64,000 bases of DNA, taken from positions 480,001 to 544,000 of the forward strand of contig CAVPLT010000004.1 in the NCBI GenBank assembly GCA_963706325.1, given 5' to 3'. The translations under genes and the position numbers were made by a program. Below are positions 18,326 to 28,481 of the stretch, in pieces. The stretch is from an uncultured Nitrospiraceae bacterium (lineage in GTDB: Bacteria > Nitrospirota > Nitrospiria > Nitrospirales > Nitrospiraceae). A model generated the notes under the pieces. It did no database searches. It was given only the letters and a program-made list of their open reading frames with translations, and was not told where the DNA came from. Positions within the stretch are counted from its first letter, which is position 1. Every line of letters begins with the position of its first letter.

Positions 18326-19438
18326 ATGACTGAAAAAGATGAGAAAAAGCGCGCATTGGACCTCGCCCTGGCCCAGATCGAAAAACAATACGGCAAAGGG
18401 GCGGTGATGAAGCTCGGGTCCGACGAGCGCCCGGCTGATGTTCCGGCGATCTCCAGCGGCTCCTTAGGCCTGGATATCGCGCTAGGTGTGGGGGGATTTC
18501 CGCGCGGGCGTGTCATGGAGATCTTCGGTCCGGAATCTTCAGGCAAAACGACCCTGACTCTCCATGCAATCGCGGAGGCGCAAAAGGCCGGTGGGGTGGC
18601 GGCCTTCATCGATGCCGAACATGCGCTGGATCTGACCTATGCCAAAAAACTAGGCGTGCAGACAGATGATTTACTGGTCTCACAACCGGATACCGGCGAG
18701 CAGGCCCTCGAAATTGCAGAAACGCTGGTCCGGAGCGGCGCGATCGATGTCATTGTGGTCGATTCCGTGGCGGCTCTGGTGCCGCGAGCGGAAATTGAAG
18801 GCGAAATGGGTGATGCCCACATGGGATTGCAGGCGCGGCTGATGTCTCAGGCGCTGCGCAAGCTGACGGCGGCCATTTCCAAGTCTCAGACGACCCTCAT
18901 TTTCATCAATCAGATCCGAATGAAGATCGGTGTCATGTTCGGCAACCCGGAGACGACGACGGGCGGCAATGCATTGAAATTCTATTCCTCCGTGCGCCTC
19001 GATATCCGCCGAATTGAATCGATTAAGGATGGTCAGGATGTTACCGGTAGTCGAGTCCGGGTCAAGGTGGTCAAGAATAAGATGGCGCCGCCGTTCAAAC
19101 AGGCGGAGTTCGACATCATGTTCGCGGAAGGTATTTCCAAAGCCGGTGAGTTGGTTGACATGGGCGTAGAGAAACGGGTGGTGGAAAAGGCCGGCGCCTG
19201 GTACTCCTATAAGGGTGAGCGATTGGGGCAGGGGCGCGAGGCAGTGCGCGATTTTCTCAAGACCAACCCGGCTATTGCAAAAGAGATCGAACAAAAGGTT
19301 CGCGACCTGGCTGGTCTGCCCGCTCGCGGGGGCGACAAGAAAATCGATGTGAAGGAAGCCAAGGACGAGAAGCTGGAGAGGAAATCGGAGGGTCGGCAGG
19401 AAGAGAAACGCGGCCATGGGGCTCGAGTGACTACCTAG
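18326..19438 (+). CDS. recA: Recombinase A
   Basis: [36 protein letters not shown] and [14 protein letters not shown]. Confidence 0.99.
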   Translation: MTEKDEKKRALDLALAQIEKQYGKGAVMKLGSDERPADVPAISSGSLGLDIALGVGGFPRGRVMEIFGPESSGKTTLTLHAIAEAQKAGGVAAFIDAEHALDLTYAKKLGVQTDDLLVSQPDTGEQALEIAETLVRSGAIDVIVVDSVAALVPRAEIEGEMGDAHMGLQARLMSQALRKLTAAISKSQTTLIFINQIRMKIGVMFGNPETTTGGNALKFYSSVRLDIRRIESIKDGQDVTGSRVRVKVVKNKMAPPFKQAEFDIMFAEGISKAGELVDMGVEKRVVEKAGAWYSYKGERLGQGREAVRDFLKTNPAIAKEIEQKVRDLAGLPARGGDKKIDVKEAKDEKLERKSEGRQEEKRGHGARVTT

Positions 19439-19936
19439 GTGGCGGCAGTGCCGAGAGCAACCTCTACTGGACGGCGTACGGCGGCGGCGTCGCATTATGT
19501 CGATTTGGCGATTCGCTACCTGGCGCGCACCGACCGGACAGCGGCCCAGATCGAGCGGTACGTGCAAGGCAAGGGCGCGAGCCGGGCGAAGGGTCGCCTG
19601 ATTGTCCGTGAGTTGGAGCGGCGGGGCTATCTGAACGATCAAGCCTATGCCACGCGGTGGGCCCAAACGAGACTCTTGCGACGGCCAATGGGGCGTGAGC
19701 GGCTCAAGGCCGAGCTGCTTCTGCGTGGATTCGAGGAAAGCGTAACGGAGCGAGCCTTGCGGAAGGCATACGAATCGATTTCCGAGCAAGAGTTAGCCTG
19801 TCAGGCGCTTGAGGGGCGAGTCCGCCGCACGCGTCCGTTGCAATGGGTGCGATTTTTGCGGCAACGCGGCTTCGATGACGACACGATTCAGCAAGTTACT
19901 CAAGTAGATTTGGAGGCGGGATTGGACGAGTTATGA
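19439..19936 (+). CDS. recX: Regulatory protein RecX
   Basis: Directly follows recA; AIRYLAR, GYLND..YA, G..RLK.EL..RG and FLRQRGF. Confidence 0.9.
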   Translation: MAAVPRATSTGRRTAAASHYVDLAIRYLARTDRTAAQIERYVQGKGASRAKGRLIVRELERRGYLNDQAYATRWAQTRLLRRPMGRERLKAELLLRGFEESVTERALRKAYESISEQELACQALEGRVRRTRPLQWVRFLRQRGFDDDTIQQVTQVDLEAGLDEL

Positions 19937-22563
19937 GCCAGAACGTGAACGATCTCCGGCGAGGCTTTACACAGTACTTTGAACAGCAGGGACATCGGGT
20001 CGTGCCCAGCGCGCCGTTAATTCCTCAAGCCGATCCGACGCTGCTCTTTACCAATGCGGGTATGAATCAATTCAAGCGCGTGTTTCTGGGCGAGGAGACG
20101 CGAGGGTACAGCCGCGCCGTAACGGTGCAGAAGTGCCTGCGGGCGGGGGGCAAACATAACGATTTGGAAAATGTGGGGTACACGAGGCGGCACCACACCT
20201 TTTTTGAAATGCTCGGCAACTTCTCCTTCGGCGATTATTTCAAGGAGGAGGCCATCCGATTCGGCTGGGAGTTTCTGACCTCGGTGGTCGGCCTTACCAA
20301 AGAGCGGATGTGGATCACTATTTACCGCGAGGATGACGAGGCTGATCGACTGTGGAGAAAGATCGGGGTCTCACCGAGCCGCATAGTCCGCTGTGGCGAG
20401 AAGGACAACTTCTGGCAGATGGCCGACACGGGTCCCTGCGGTCCCTGTTCTGAACTCCATTTTGATCAAGGCCCGGCCGTGCCGGGCGATGCTACTCCCA
20501 ACGGAGAAGGTGACCGGGTTATTGAGATCTGGAATTTGGTTTTCATGCAGTTCAACCGCGACAGGGCGGGCACTCTCAATCCGCTGCCCAAACCGAGCAT
20601 CGATACCGGCATGGGATTGGAGCGGTTGACCGCGGTGGCGCAGGGGAAACTCAGCAACTACGACAGCGATCTCTTTAGGCCGCTCTTGGCCGCGGTCGGG
20701 ACGCGGGCCGGTGCGCAGTACGGTGAGGAGGAGACCGCCGACCGATCCATGCGAGTCATTGCCGACCACTTACGAGCGATCACCTTCCTTATGGCCGACG
20801 GGGTTTTGCCGTCCAATGAAGGTCGCGGCTATGTGCTCCGCCGGATTCTCCGGCGCGCGGCGCGCCATGGCCGCTTGCTCGGAATCACTGAGCCCTTTCT
20901 CCATGGCCTCACCGCGACGGTTGTCGAACAGATGGGCGGGGCCTACCACGAATTGCGAGGGGCCGCCGGCACGGTGGCCGAGGCCACTCGCGGCGAGGAA
21001 GAGCGGTTCATCGCCACGCTCGATCAAGGGCTCCCGATTCTCACCGACATGCTGAGCAAGGTTCGAGCGGCCGGACAACAGACGCTTTCAGGCGCCGACA
21101 TCTTCAAATTGTATGACACCTACGGCTTTCCGATGGATCTGATCGCCGAAGCCGGTCGTGAGCAAGACATCCGTCTCGATGAGACCGGCTTTGAAGCAGC
21201 GATTGAAGATCAACGGACCCGTGCCAGGAGGACAGGAGGCTTCGAGACGGAAACTGCCCGTCCGGTCTTACGCGAGCTCACGGGTCGTGTTGGAACTACG
21301 GCATTCGTCGGTTATGACCAGTTGAATGCCGAAGGGGTTGTGCAGGTGTTGCTCAAGGGCGATCAGCTCGTAAAGGAAGCTCGCGAAGGCGATGAGATCG
21401 AAGTCGTGTTGGACGTCACGCCGTTTTACGCGGAGGGCGGTGGACAAGCCGGGGATCAAGGTCTCTTGACGGGCACGGATGGGAGCGTCGAGATTCGCGA
21501 AACGACGAGGCCGGTACCCACGTTGATTGTTCATCGGGGCGTGGTCCGTTCCGGCTCGGTTCGGGAAGGCGAACGGTTGCAATTGTCGGTCAACCGCCGT
21601 ACCAGGCAGGATGCAGCCCGCAACCATACGGCCACTCATTTGGTCCATGCCGCATTGCGCGATCTACTGGGACCGCACGTCAAACAGTATGGCTCTCTGG
21701 TGGCGCCGAATCGTCTGCGGTTCGATTTTGCCCATTTCCGGCCGCTGGCCTCACGCGACATCGACGACATCGAAGGCATTGTGAATGAACAAGTCCGGTA
21801 TGACCAGACGGTGCGGACGGATGTGATGGGCGTGCAGGAGGCGGTTGCGGACGGAGCCCTTGCCTTCTTCGGCGACAAATACGGTGATCAGGTGCGGGTT
21901 GTCCGTATCGATACCTTCAGCAAGGAATTGTGCGGCGGTACACATTGTGGGCGGACGGGAGAGATCGGCCTGTTTCGCATCGTCTCGGAAGCGGGTGTGG
22001 CCGCCGGCGTTCGCCGAATCGAATGCCTCACCGGCAGCGGCGCATCGGATTCGGTCAAACGCTTGGAAGCGGATGTCAGAGAACTCTCCGATCTCCTGAA
22101 GGTCGCCCCCTCAGAAGTCGTGTCACGTGCGCGGAAATTGACCGAGCAGCTGAAGGATAAGGAACGCGAACTGGCCGAGGTGAAGTTGAAAATGGCGAGT
22201 GCGTCGTCGGGCGATGCGCAGACTCGGGAGATCAACGGTGTGCAGGTCCATGCACAGCGCACGGACGGACTCGATGTCAACGGCATGAGGGCGCTGGCTG
22301 ATCAGTTACGCGACAAACTTCGCAGCGGAGTGGTGGCGCTGGGCGCGGCGAATGACGGCAAGGTGTCGCTTCTCATCGTGGTAACCAAAGATCTGGTGGG
22401 TCGTCTCAAAGCCGGAGAACTTATTAAGGAGATGGCGACCGACGTCGGCGGGACCGGAGGCGGCCGTCCGGAGATGGCGCAGGCCGGCGGAAAAAATCCC
22501 GAAGGGCTCGGCGCCGCGTTGGAAAAAGTATTTGCTCTGGTCCAGAAGGCCTTGGAGCGGTAA
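19933..22563 (+). CDS. alaS: Alanine--tRNA ligase
   Basis: LLFTNAGMNQFK, HHTFFEMLGNFSFGDYFK, IDTGMGLER, editing motifs HTATH and ELCGGTH, and GGGRPEMAQAGG. Confidence 0.99.
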   Translation: MSQNVNDLRRGFTQYFEQQGHRVVPSAPLIPQADPTLLFTNAGMNQFKRVFLGEETRGYSRAVTVQKCLRAGGKHNDLENVGYTRRHHTFFEMLGNFSFGDYFKEEAIRFGWEFLTSVVGLTKERMWITIYREDDEADRLWRKIGVSPSRIVRCGEKDNFWQMADTGPCGPCSELHFDQGPAVPGDATPNGEGDRVIEIWNLVFMQFNRDRAGTLNPLPKPSIDTGMGLERLTAVAQGKLSNYDSDLFRPLLAAVGTRAGAQYGEEETADRSMRVIADHLRAITFLMADGVLPSNEGRGYVLRRILRRAARHGRLLGITEPFLHGLTATVVEQMGGAYHELRGAAGTVAEATRGEEERFIATLDQGLPILTDMLSKVRAAGQQTLSGADIFKLYDTYGFPMDLIAEAGREQDIRLDETGFEAAIEDQRTRARRTGGFETETARPVLRELTGRVGTTAFVGYDQLNAEGVVQVLLKGDQLVKEAREGDEIEVVLDVTPFYAEGGGQAGDQGLLTGTDGSVEIRETTRPVPTLIVHRGVVRSGSVREGERLQLSVNRRTRQDAARNHTATHLVHAALRDLLGPHVKQYGSLVAPNRLRFDFAHFRPLASRDIDDIEGIVNEQVRYDQTVRTDVMGVQEAVADGALAFFGDKYGDQVRVVRIDTFSKELCGGTHCGRTGEIGLFRIVSEAGVAAGVRRIECLTGSGASDSVKRLEADVRELSDLLKVAPSEVVSRARKLTEQLKDKERELAEVKLKMASASSGDAQTREINGVQVHAQRTDGLDVNGMRALADQLRDKLRSGVVALGAANDGKVSLLIVVTKDLVGRLKAGELIKEMATDVGGTGGGRPEMAQAGGKNPEGLGAALEKVFALVQKALER

Positions 22564-22567
22564 ACTA

Positions 22568-23167
22568 ATGAAAGGCCGACGGATTCTTGCTATCGACCAC
22601 GGGTCCAAACGGATCGGGTTCGCCCTGAGCGACGAGCTGGGGTGGACGGCCCAGCCGCTGGAAACCTTTTATCGCAGGAATCCGGATGCCGACATCCGAC
22701 ATATTCAGGACCTGGTCCGTGAGCATGAGGTGGGCCAGGTTCTCGTGGGCATGCCATTTCGGCTCGATGGTGAGATTGGGCCTGCGGCCAAGGTCGTCCA
22801 GGCATTTATCGAGTTGCTCGAACCGGTTTTGTCGGTCCCGGTGATTACCTGGGACGAGCGAATGACGACCTGTGCGGCAGAGGATTTGCTCATCGCTGCC
22901 GATGTCGGCCGTCAAAAGCGGAAGGGTATTGTCGACCGCATCGCAGCGGCGATTCTATTGCAGAGTTACTTGGCGAGTTTGGAACAGCCGACGGCGACGC
23001 CGGGAGATGCATCGAACGAGTTGGAAGATTCCGATCCCTGGGCTTGGAACGAAGAACCAGTTAATGAAACATCTGAAATCGATCACGGGGCTGATGCTGG
23101 TGGCCGTAATTCTCGCGGGGATCGCAGGGTACCAGGTTCTCCGATGGGCCCAAAGTCCCGTCATTAG
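22568..23167 (+). CDS. ruvX: YqgF/RuvX family (pre-16S rRNA nuclease)
   Basis: ILAIDHGSKRIGFALSD, VGMP, WDERMTT and VDRIAAAILLQSYL; it has a long C-terminal tail. Confidence 0.93.
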   Translation: MKGRRILAIDHGSKRIGFALSDELGWTAQPLETFYRRNPDADIRHIQDLVREHEVGQVLVGMPFRLDGEIGPAAKVVQAFIELLEPVLSVPVITWDERMTTCAAEDLLIAADVGRQKRKGIVDRIAAAILLQSYLASLEQPTATPGDASNELEDSDPWAWNEEPVNETSEIDHGADAGGRNSRGDRRVPGSPMGPKSRH

Positions 23168-24116
23168 CGCGCCGCCTAAACCGCCGTCCAAAATCGTCGT
23201 TGTTCCCGAGGGCAGTACCTACCAACAGGTCGCGAACCTTCTTAAACGTGAGCAGCTGATCCGCAGTGCCTGGGCTTTCTTGCTGCTCGGCAAAACGCGC
23301 GAAATCGATCGAAAGATCCGTCCTGGGGAATATGAGCTTGACGGAAGCATGCCGCCGAAGGAGATTCTTGCCAAGCTGCTGGCCGGCCGAGTTATCCTGC
23401 ACCCTGTCACCATTCCTGAAGGCTACACGCTGGCGCAGATTACCGATGTCCTGTCGGCTCAGAACGTCACGGACACGAATGAATTCTCAAAGTTGGTTCG
23501 CGACCGTGCGTATATCATGACCCTCGGTATTGAAGCCGATTCGCTGGAAGGGTATCTCTTCCCGGAGACCTATTCTTTTGCTCGTGGAACGAAACCGAAG
23601 GACGTCATCAAAACCATGGTGGACGCCCTGCACCATGTGTGGGGGAGCGACCTCCAGGCCCAAGCGGCCAGCATGAACCTGTCTTTGCACCAGGTATTGA
23701 CGCTGGCCTCCGTGATCGAAAAGGAGACCGGGGCCAAGGACGAGCGCGAACTCATTGCGGCGGTCTTTCATAATCGGTTGCGGAAAAAGATCCCGCTGCA
23801 GAGTGACCCCACCGTCATTTATGGATTGTCGGCGTTCGACGGGAACATTCACAAGCGCGATCTCTCCAGCCTCAGTCCGTACAATACCTACCGCGTGCAG
23901 GGTCTTCCGCCGGGACCGATCGGCAGCCCCGGTGCTCACTCGCTTCACGCGGCCTTGTTTCCCGCCCAGACCTCCCACCTGTATTTTGTGTCGCGCAACG
24001 ATGGGACCCATCACTTTTCCTCTACCCTGGCCGAACATAATCAAGCCGTGGAAAAGTATCAAAAACAGCCGTTCCGTAAGCGTGCAAGGGGCAATCTCGT
24101 GGCTCACGGAGCATGA
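23064..24116 (+). CDS. mltG: Endolytic transglycosylase MltG
   Basis: N-terminal TM, TIPEG, LEGYLFPETY, LASVIEKE, LQSDPTV, SPYNTY...GLPPGPI and LYFVS. Confidence 0.96.
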   Translation: MKHLKSITGLMLVAVILAGIAGYQVLRWAQSPVISAPPKPPSKIVVVPEGSTYQQVANLLKREQLIRSAWAFLLLGKTREIDRKIRPGEYELDGSMPPKEILAKLLAGRVILHPVTIPEGYTLAQITDVLSAQNVTDTNEFSKLVRDRAYIMTLGIEADSLEGYLFPETYSFARGTKPKDVIKTMVDALHHVWGSDLQAQAASMNLSLHQVLTLASVIEKETGAKDERELIAAVFHNRLRKKIPLQSDPTVIYGLSAFDGNIHKRDLSSLSPYNTYRVQGLPPGPIGSPGAHSLHAALFPAQTSHLYFVSRNDGTHHFSSTLAEHNQAVEKYQKQPFRKRARGNLVAHGA

Positions 24117-24189
24117 TCGCGTCCTCGCTCTCTCCCTGCGGCCGGTCATTATCCAGTGTTTGACGATCACATGTGAAAGGGACAGTCCT

Positions 24190-24879
24190 ATGGGTGAAAA
24201 ACCCTGGCAAGAGACATTGCCGCAATATCTGGATCATACCGTACTGCGTCCGGAAGCCACGAAGGCCGATGTATTGCGGCTCTGTTCGGAAGCGAAGGAG
24301 CAGGGGTTCGTCGTCATATTTGTTCCTCCCTGTTATGTCGATGAGGCGGTGACGGCCGTTGCAGGGACGGAGGTCCAGGTCGGGATTCCAATCGGGTTTC
24401 CGCTCGGCGGGCACTCGACCCACGCGAAGGTGACCGAAGCCCTTGAGGCAGTGACACATGGCGCCAAGGTGCTGGACATGGTCATCAATATCAGCCGTCT
24501 GAAATCCGGCGACTACGACTTGGTACGGAGTGATATGGCAGCGGTTGTTCAAGCGACGCCGGGCGTGAACCATAAAGTCATTTTGGAGACCTGTCTCTTG
24601 ACGCGCGAAGAAAAAATCACGGCCTGCCGCTTGGCCGTCGAAGCGGGCATGGACTATGTGAAGACCTCGACGGGCTTCAACCAGGCTGGGGCGACAGTGG
24701 AAGACGTGCGGTTGATGAAGGAAGCGGTCGCAGGTCGCGCGAAGGTGAAGGCATCTGGTGGAATCAGAGATTGGAAATCCACGCGCGACTTGTTGGAAGC
24801 AGGCGCAGACCGCATCGGCACCAGCGCCAGCCTCAAAATTCTGAACGAGTGGCGAGCAGCGCGCCTGGTCGGACGCTGA
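24190..24879 (+). CDS. deoC: Deoxyribose-phosphate aldolase
   Basis: DHTVL.P, GFPLG, DMVIN, KVILET, VKTSTGF, KASGGIR and RIGTS. Confidence 0.97.
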   Translation: MGEKPWQETLPQYLDHTVLRPEATKADVLRLCSEAKEQGFVVIFVPPCYVDEAVTAVAGTEVQVGIPIGFPLGGHSTHAKVTEALEAVTHGAKVLDMVINISRLKSGDYDLVRSDMAAVVQATPGVNHKVILETCLLTREEKITACRLAVEAGMDYVKTSTGFNQAGATVEDVRLMKEAVAGRAKVKASGGIRDWKSTRDLLEAGADRIGTSASLKILNEWRAARLVGR

Positions 24880-24935
24880 GCGACTGTACTACGTGAATAT
24901 TTTGCTCGTCCCGGCGGATTTGATATAGTGCGCCC

Positions 24936-26090
24936 ATGATGACTCGAATCGTTCTTCTAGTGCTGGATGGGTTTGGCATCGGTGCTTTGCCCGATGCGGA
25001 GTCCTATGGCGATGGCGGCTGCAACACGCTCCAGCGGTTGGCGGCCATTAACAAAGGATTGGCGCTGCCGAATCTCGAACAGCTCGGACTCGGGCATCTG
25101 GGACAGTTTCAAGGCATTCGACCGATGGTTCAGCCTGAAGGCTGTTTCGGCAGTCTCGGCTTTGCAACGAGGGGAAAGAATTCACTCACCGGACATTGGG
25201 AAATGGCCGGTTACGTGATCGAAACCGACCACGGCCCTTGCGAGACGTTTACCACTGAGCTGACGACGGCGTTGGAAGCCGCGTTGGGCCAGAAGACGCT
25301 AGGCAATTGCAGGGCTGTGAGCCTTGAGCCGATCGCCGAGTTTGGCGGACAGCATCTAAGCTCCGGCGCCCCGATCGCGTGGATCGATACCACGGGCACC
25401 GTTTTTCTGGCGGCGCATGAGCAGGTCATGCCGGTGGATGAACTGTATCGCCTGGCGCGTGAAGCCAGAAAAGTGCTGAAGCAACTCGTGCCCATTGTGC
25501 GCGTCGTGGCCTGTCCCTTCGTCGGTCAGCCGGGCGGATTGACAGTGACGGAGCGACGGCGGGATTTTGCACTCGAACCGCCGGGTCTGACGTTGCTCGA
25601 TCACTTGAGCCGGGCCAGCCAGCTGGTGATCGGGGTCGGGAAGGTCGGCGACTTGTTTAGCGGTCGCGGCGTCACGAGGTCGGTCCCGTTGTTTCAAGCT
25701 GAGGCGGTCATGGATGAAGTCGTCGGGATGTTTAGTAAGGTGCCTCGTGGCTTGATTTACGCCAATTTGCCGATGATCAGCCCGGATCTGAATACCACGG
25801 TGTCGACGTTGCACCAATTCGACCGGCGTCTCCGAGAGCTTCAGGAATGCCTCAAGACGGGTGACGTCTTGATCATTACCGGTGATCATGGCTTTGATTG
25901 CGCCAGGCCGACGCCAGGACATTCGCGTGAGTACGTGCCCTGCCTGGTGACCGGACCTCGCCTCGCGCGTGGGGTGAATTTAGGCACAAGGACGACTGCT
26001 GCAGACCTCGGCCAAACGATTGGAGAGGGATTGGGAGCGACGAGGTTACCATGGGGTGACAGTTTTCTCGATGCGCTGCAGTCGCGTTAG
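24936..26090 (+). CDS. deoB: Phosphopentomutase-like protein (several active-site motifs divergent)
   Basis: LDGFGIG.LPDA..YGD.G.NTL, LPNL..LGLG, GHWEMAG, TGDHG and HSREYVP; follows deoC. Confidence 0.8.
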   Translation: MMTRIVLLVLDGFGIGALPDAESYGDGGCNTLQRLAAINKGLALPNLEQLGLGHLGQFQGIRPMVQPEGCFGSLGFATRGKNSLTGHWEMAGYVIETDHGPCETFTTELTTALEAALGQKTLGNCRAVSLEPIAEFGGQHLSSGAPIAWIDTTGTVFLAAHEQVMPVDELYRLAREARKVLKQLVPIVRVVACPFVGQPGGLTVTERRRDFALEPPGLTLLDHLSRASQLVIGVGKVGDLFSGRGVTRSVPLFQAEAVMDEVVGMFSKVPRGLIYANLPMISPDLNTTVSTLHQFDRRLRELQECLKTGDVLIITGDHGFDCARPTPGHSREYVPCLVTGPRLARGVNLGTRTTAADLGQTIGEGLGATRLPWGDSFLDALQSR

Positions 26091-26113
26091 TTTCGTGAGA
26101 GGAAGGATAGATC

Positions 26114-26578
26114 GTGACAATTGACGCCCAATTGAACACCCTTGGCATCCAGCTGCCGGCTCCTCCAAAACCAGTGGCGAGTTATGTGCCGGCAGTCCTC
26201 GCCGGTGATCTGCTGTATTTGAGCGGCATGTTGCCGTTCCGCGATGGCCAGGTGGTCATCACGGGAAAGCTCGGCGACGACGTCACGGTGGAGCGTGGAG
26301 CCGAAGCAGCCAGATTGGCGCTGCTGAATGCATTGGCGGTGGTGAAGCATGAATTGGGCTCGTTGGATCGTGTGCAACGAATCGTGCGTGTGGTAGGTCA
26401 TGTCGCGTCGGCTGCGGGGTTTGTCCAACAGCCTGCGGTGATCAATGGGGCGTCGGACTTACTGGTGCAAATCTTCGGTGAGAGTGGCCGACATGCCAGG
26501 GTGGCGCTCGGAGCCGCAGAACTGCCGCTGCACGCTTCGATTGAACTCGAATTGTTGGTTCAGGTCAAAAAGTCCTAG
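26114..26578 (+). CDS. RidA/YjgF family protein
   Basis: LGI.LP.PP.P.ASYVP, LSGMLP, VINGASDL and GRHAR.A.G. Confidence 0.92.
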   Translation: MTIDAQLNTLGIQLPAPPKPVASYVPAVLAGDLLYLSGMLPFRDGQVVITGKLGDDVTVERGAEAARLALLNALAVVKHELGSLDRVQRIVRVVGHVASAAGFVQQPAVINGASDLLVQIFGESGRHARVALGAAELPLHASIELELLVQVKKS

Positions 26579-26609
26579 ATGGTGCTTCCGCTGGTACCCT
26601 CCACTTGCC

Positions 26610-26639
26610 TTGACATCAAAAAAATCCGCTTGTTATAGT
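26610..26639 (+). promoter_or_regulatory. Near-consensus sigma70 promoter for the IPT/TIG operon
   Basis: TTGACA (26610-15), an 18 nt spacer with an extended TG, then TATAGT (26634-39). Confidence 0.75.
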
Positions 26640-26804
26640 CCGTCAGTTCCTTGTCTTGACGCCGCGCCCCCATCCGGCCCTTCTGCCTCAGTTGCGTGGG
26701 GTTTCTGTGCCACGTGCGGGGCGCTTGTCTTCATGTACTCATCAGGCCTTGTTCGCATCTCCTGGCCAGGCTCATTGCAGATTTTTGCTAGGGAGTACGA
26801 CCCC

Positions 26805-28481
26805 ATGAAATCCATTGCTCGTCTGATCGCAGGCTTCGCACTTTTGGCGGCGCCTTACCTGTCTGGAGTCGCCCAAGCGGAGGCGCCGGCGCTCCATCCC
26901 GCTGCCGCAGTTCCGGGAGCGACGCTGTCGATTACAGGAAAGGGCTTCGGCCCTTTTAAATCAACGCGCTACAATCAGGTGACGTTCCAAGGAGCGCCCG
27001 CCCTCGTCCAGCGCTGGGAACCCGACCTCATCGAGGTTCGGGTCCCGTCTCAGGCCACCAATGGTCCCGTCGAAGTCATTGTCGGTAAGAAACACCTGAA
27101 AACCGGCCCGTTTACTCGCTTGCAACCGACGATTCACTCCCTGACGCCGACGGAGGCGGAACCGGGGACGATTCTGGAAATCACCGGCGAACATTTCGGC
27201 AATACCGCCGGACCCCGTGATCCCAACACCATTTTTGGCGTGAACAGCGTCGTGGTGGGCGATGTGACGGTACGTGTCCGCAAATGGCGAAATGACAAAA
27301 TCGAGGTCGAACTGCCGGCGAACGCGCAGACCGGCGAGGTTGTCATTCGAATGGCCTCATCCGATCCGCTCGCCGACGGCTCATGTTGCGCGCCCGTTCA
27401 GCATGTGGTCAGTAATGCGATGCCGGTGAAGGTCCTGGCGGCGGTGCGCGTCGATCCGGTCAGCGGTCCGGTGGGAACCAAGGTTGTGCTTTTCGGGAAG
27501 GGGTTTGGCGTGGGAAGGAACCCGGAAGACGGGATCACGTTTGGCGGTCGTCCCGCAACGGTGTCGCAGTGGAACGATACCGCCATCGTGGTGCATGTGC
27601 CGTTGGATGCGCAGAGCGGTTCCGTCGTCATGAAACGCAACGGCCAAGAGCGCACCGTTGGGACCTATACAGTGCAGATCCCGCGCGCAGGGGGCCTCAC
27701 GCCGGCACAGGCTCCGATCGGAACGTTGCTGAAGATTACGGGGGAAAATTTCGGGTTTTATTCCGAAGCCGGAGCAACCCCTTACAACTTTCTGGATTTT
27801 TCGCTGAGTGAAAACAGGGTCGAGATCGGCGGCGTGCCGGCCATTGTCTATCGGTGGGGTAACGACCGCATTGATGTCTGGGTTCCGTACAGCGCAAAAA
27901 GCGGTCCGGTGGTGGTGAAACGCGCCGCCAATACTCCCAAGCCTGACGGCACGTGCTGCGCTGAGCACAAATTACTGGAGACCGAGGTCGGCCTGTTCAG
28001 CGTGATCACTCCGAAGATTGATTCCTACAATCCGATGTCTGGAGGGCTGGATGACGTTGTCACGATTGTGGGAAGCGGGTTTGGGACGTTTCTGAAGACT
28101 GCCGAGCCCAGCAAGGTGATTACAGACAGCGTCTACGCGAGGACAGCACCGGTGCTTGGTGAGAACGTGTCACGCACCGAGGTCCTGTTCAATGGCGTAG
28201 GGGCGATTGTGCTGTCCTGGACAGACCGTGAGATTAAGGTCCGCATCCCACACCGAAATGTTTACGGTATCGGCAAGGCCGGCGAGTTCAATCCCGATCT
28301 TTCGTCCGGCCCCTTGATGGTTCGTCGCGGATCCTGGGATCTCTTGCCGGACGGATCGTGCTGCACGCCGAAAAAATGGGTGACGCTGGAGGCCGGGACG
28401 TTCACGATTCAATCCACCGGGTTGCCTGATGCGAGTTACTGGCGTAACCCTGGCACTGAGAATACTCATCACCAACAATGA
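26805..28481 (+). CDS. Secreted protein with five IPT/TIG-like Ig domains and three DG[S/T]CC motifs
   Basis: Signal peptide ending in AQA; five repeats of G....I.G..FG...W....I.V.[VLI]P; RBS GGGAG. Confidence 0.85.
   Translation: MKSIARLIAGFALLAAPYLSGVAQAEAPALHPAAAVPGATLSITGKGFGPFKSTRYNQVTFQGAPALVQRWEPDLIEVRVPSQATNGPVEVIVGKKHLKTGPFTRLQPTIHSLTPTEAEPGTILEITGEHFGNTAGPRDPNTIFGVNSVVVGDVTVRVRKWRNDKIEVELPANAQTGEVVIRMASSDPLADGSCCAPVQHVVSNAMPVKVLAAVRVDPVSGPVGTKVVLFGKGFGVGRNPEDGITFGGRPATVSQWNDTAIVVHVPLDAQSGSVVMKRNGQERTVGTYTVQIPRAGGLTPAQAPIGTLLKITGENFGFYSEAGATPYNFLDFSLSENRVEIGGVPAIVYRWGNDRIDVWVPYSAKSGPVVVKRAANTPKPDGTCCAEHKLLETEVGLFSVITPKIDSYNPMSGGLDDVVTIVGSGFGTFLKTAEPSKVITDSVYARTAPVLGENVSRTEVLFNGVGAIVLSWTDREIKVRIPHRNVYGIGKAGEFNPDLSSGPLMVRRGSWDLLPDGSCCTPKKWVTLEAGTFTIQSTGLPDASYWRNPGTENTHHQQ

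Noticed and set aside
18680..19789. 369-aa ORF antisense to recA/recX
   Set aside because: Shadow ORF of conserved genes in GC-rich DNA.
23755..24189. N-terminal extensions on ORF-track calls (deoC here; likewise mltG, the IPT/TIG protein and the DUF2779-like gene)
   Set aside because: They overlap neighbouring genes and lack homology; downstream starts fit better.
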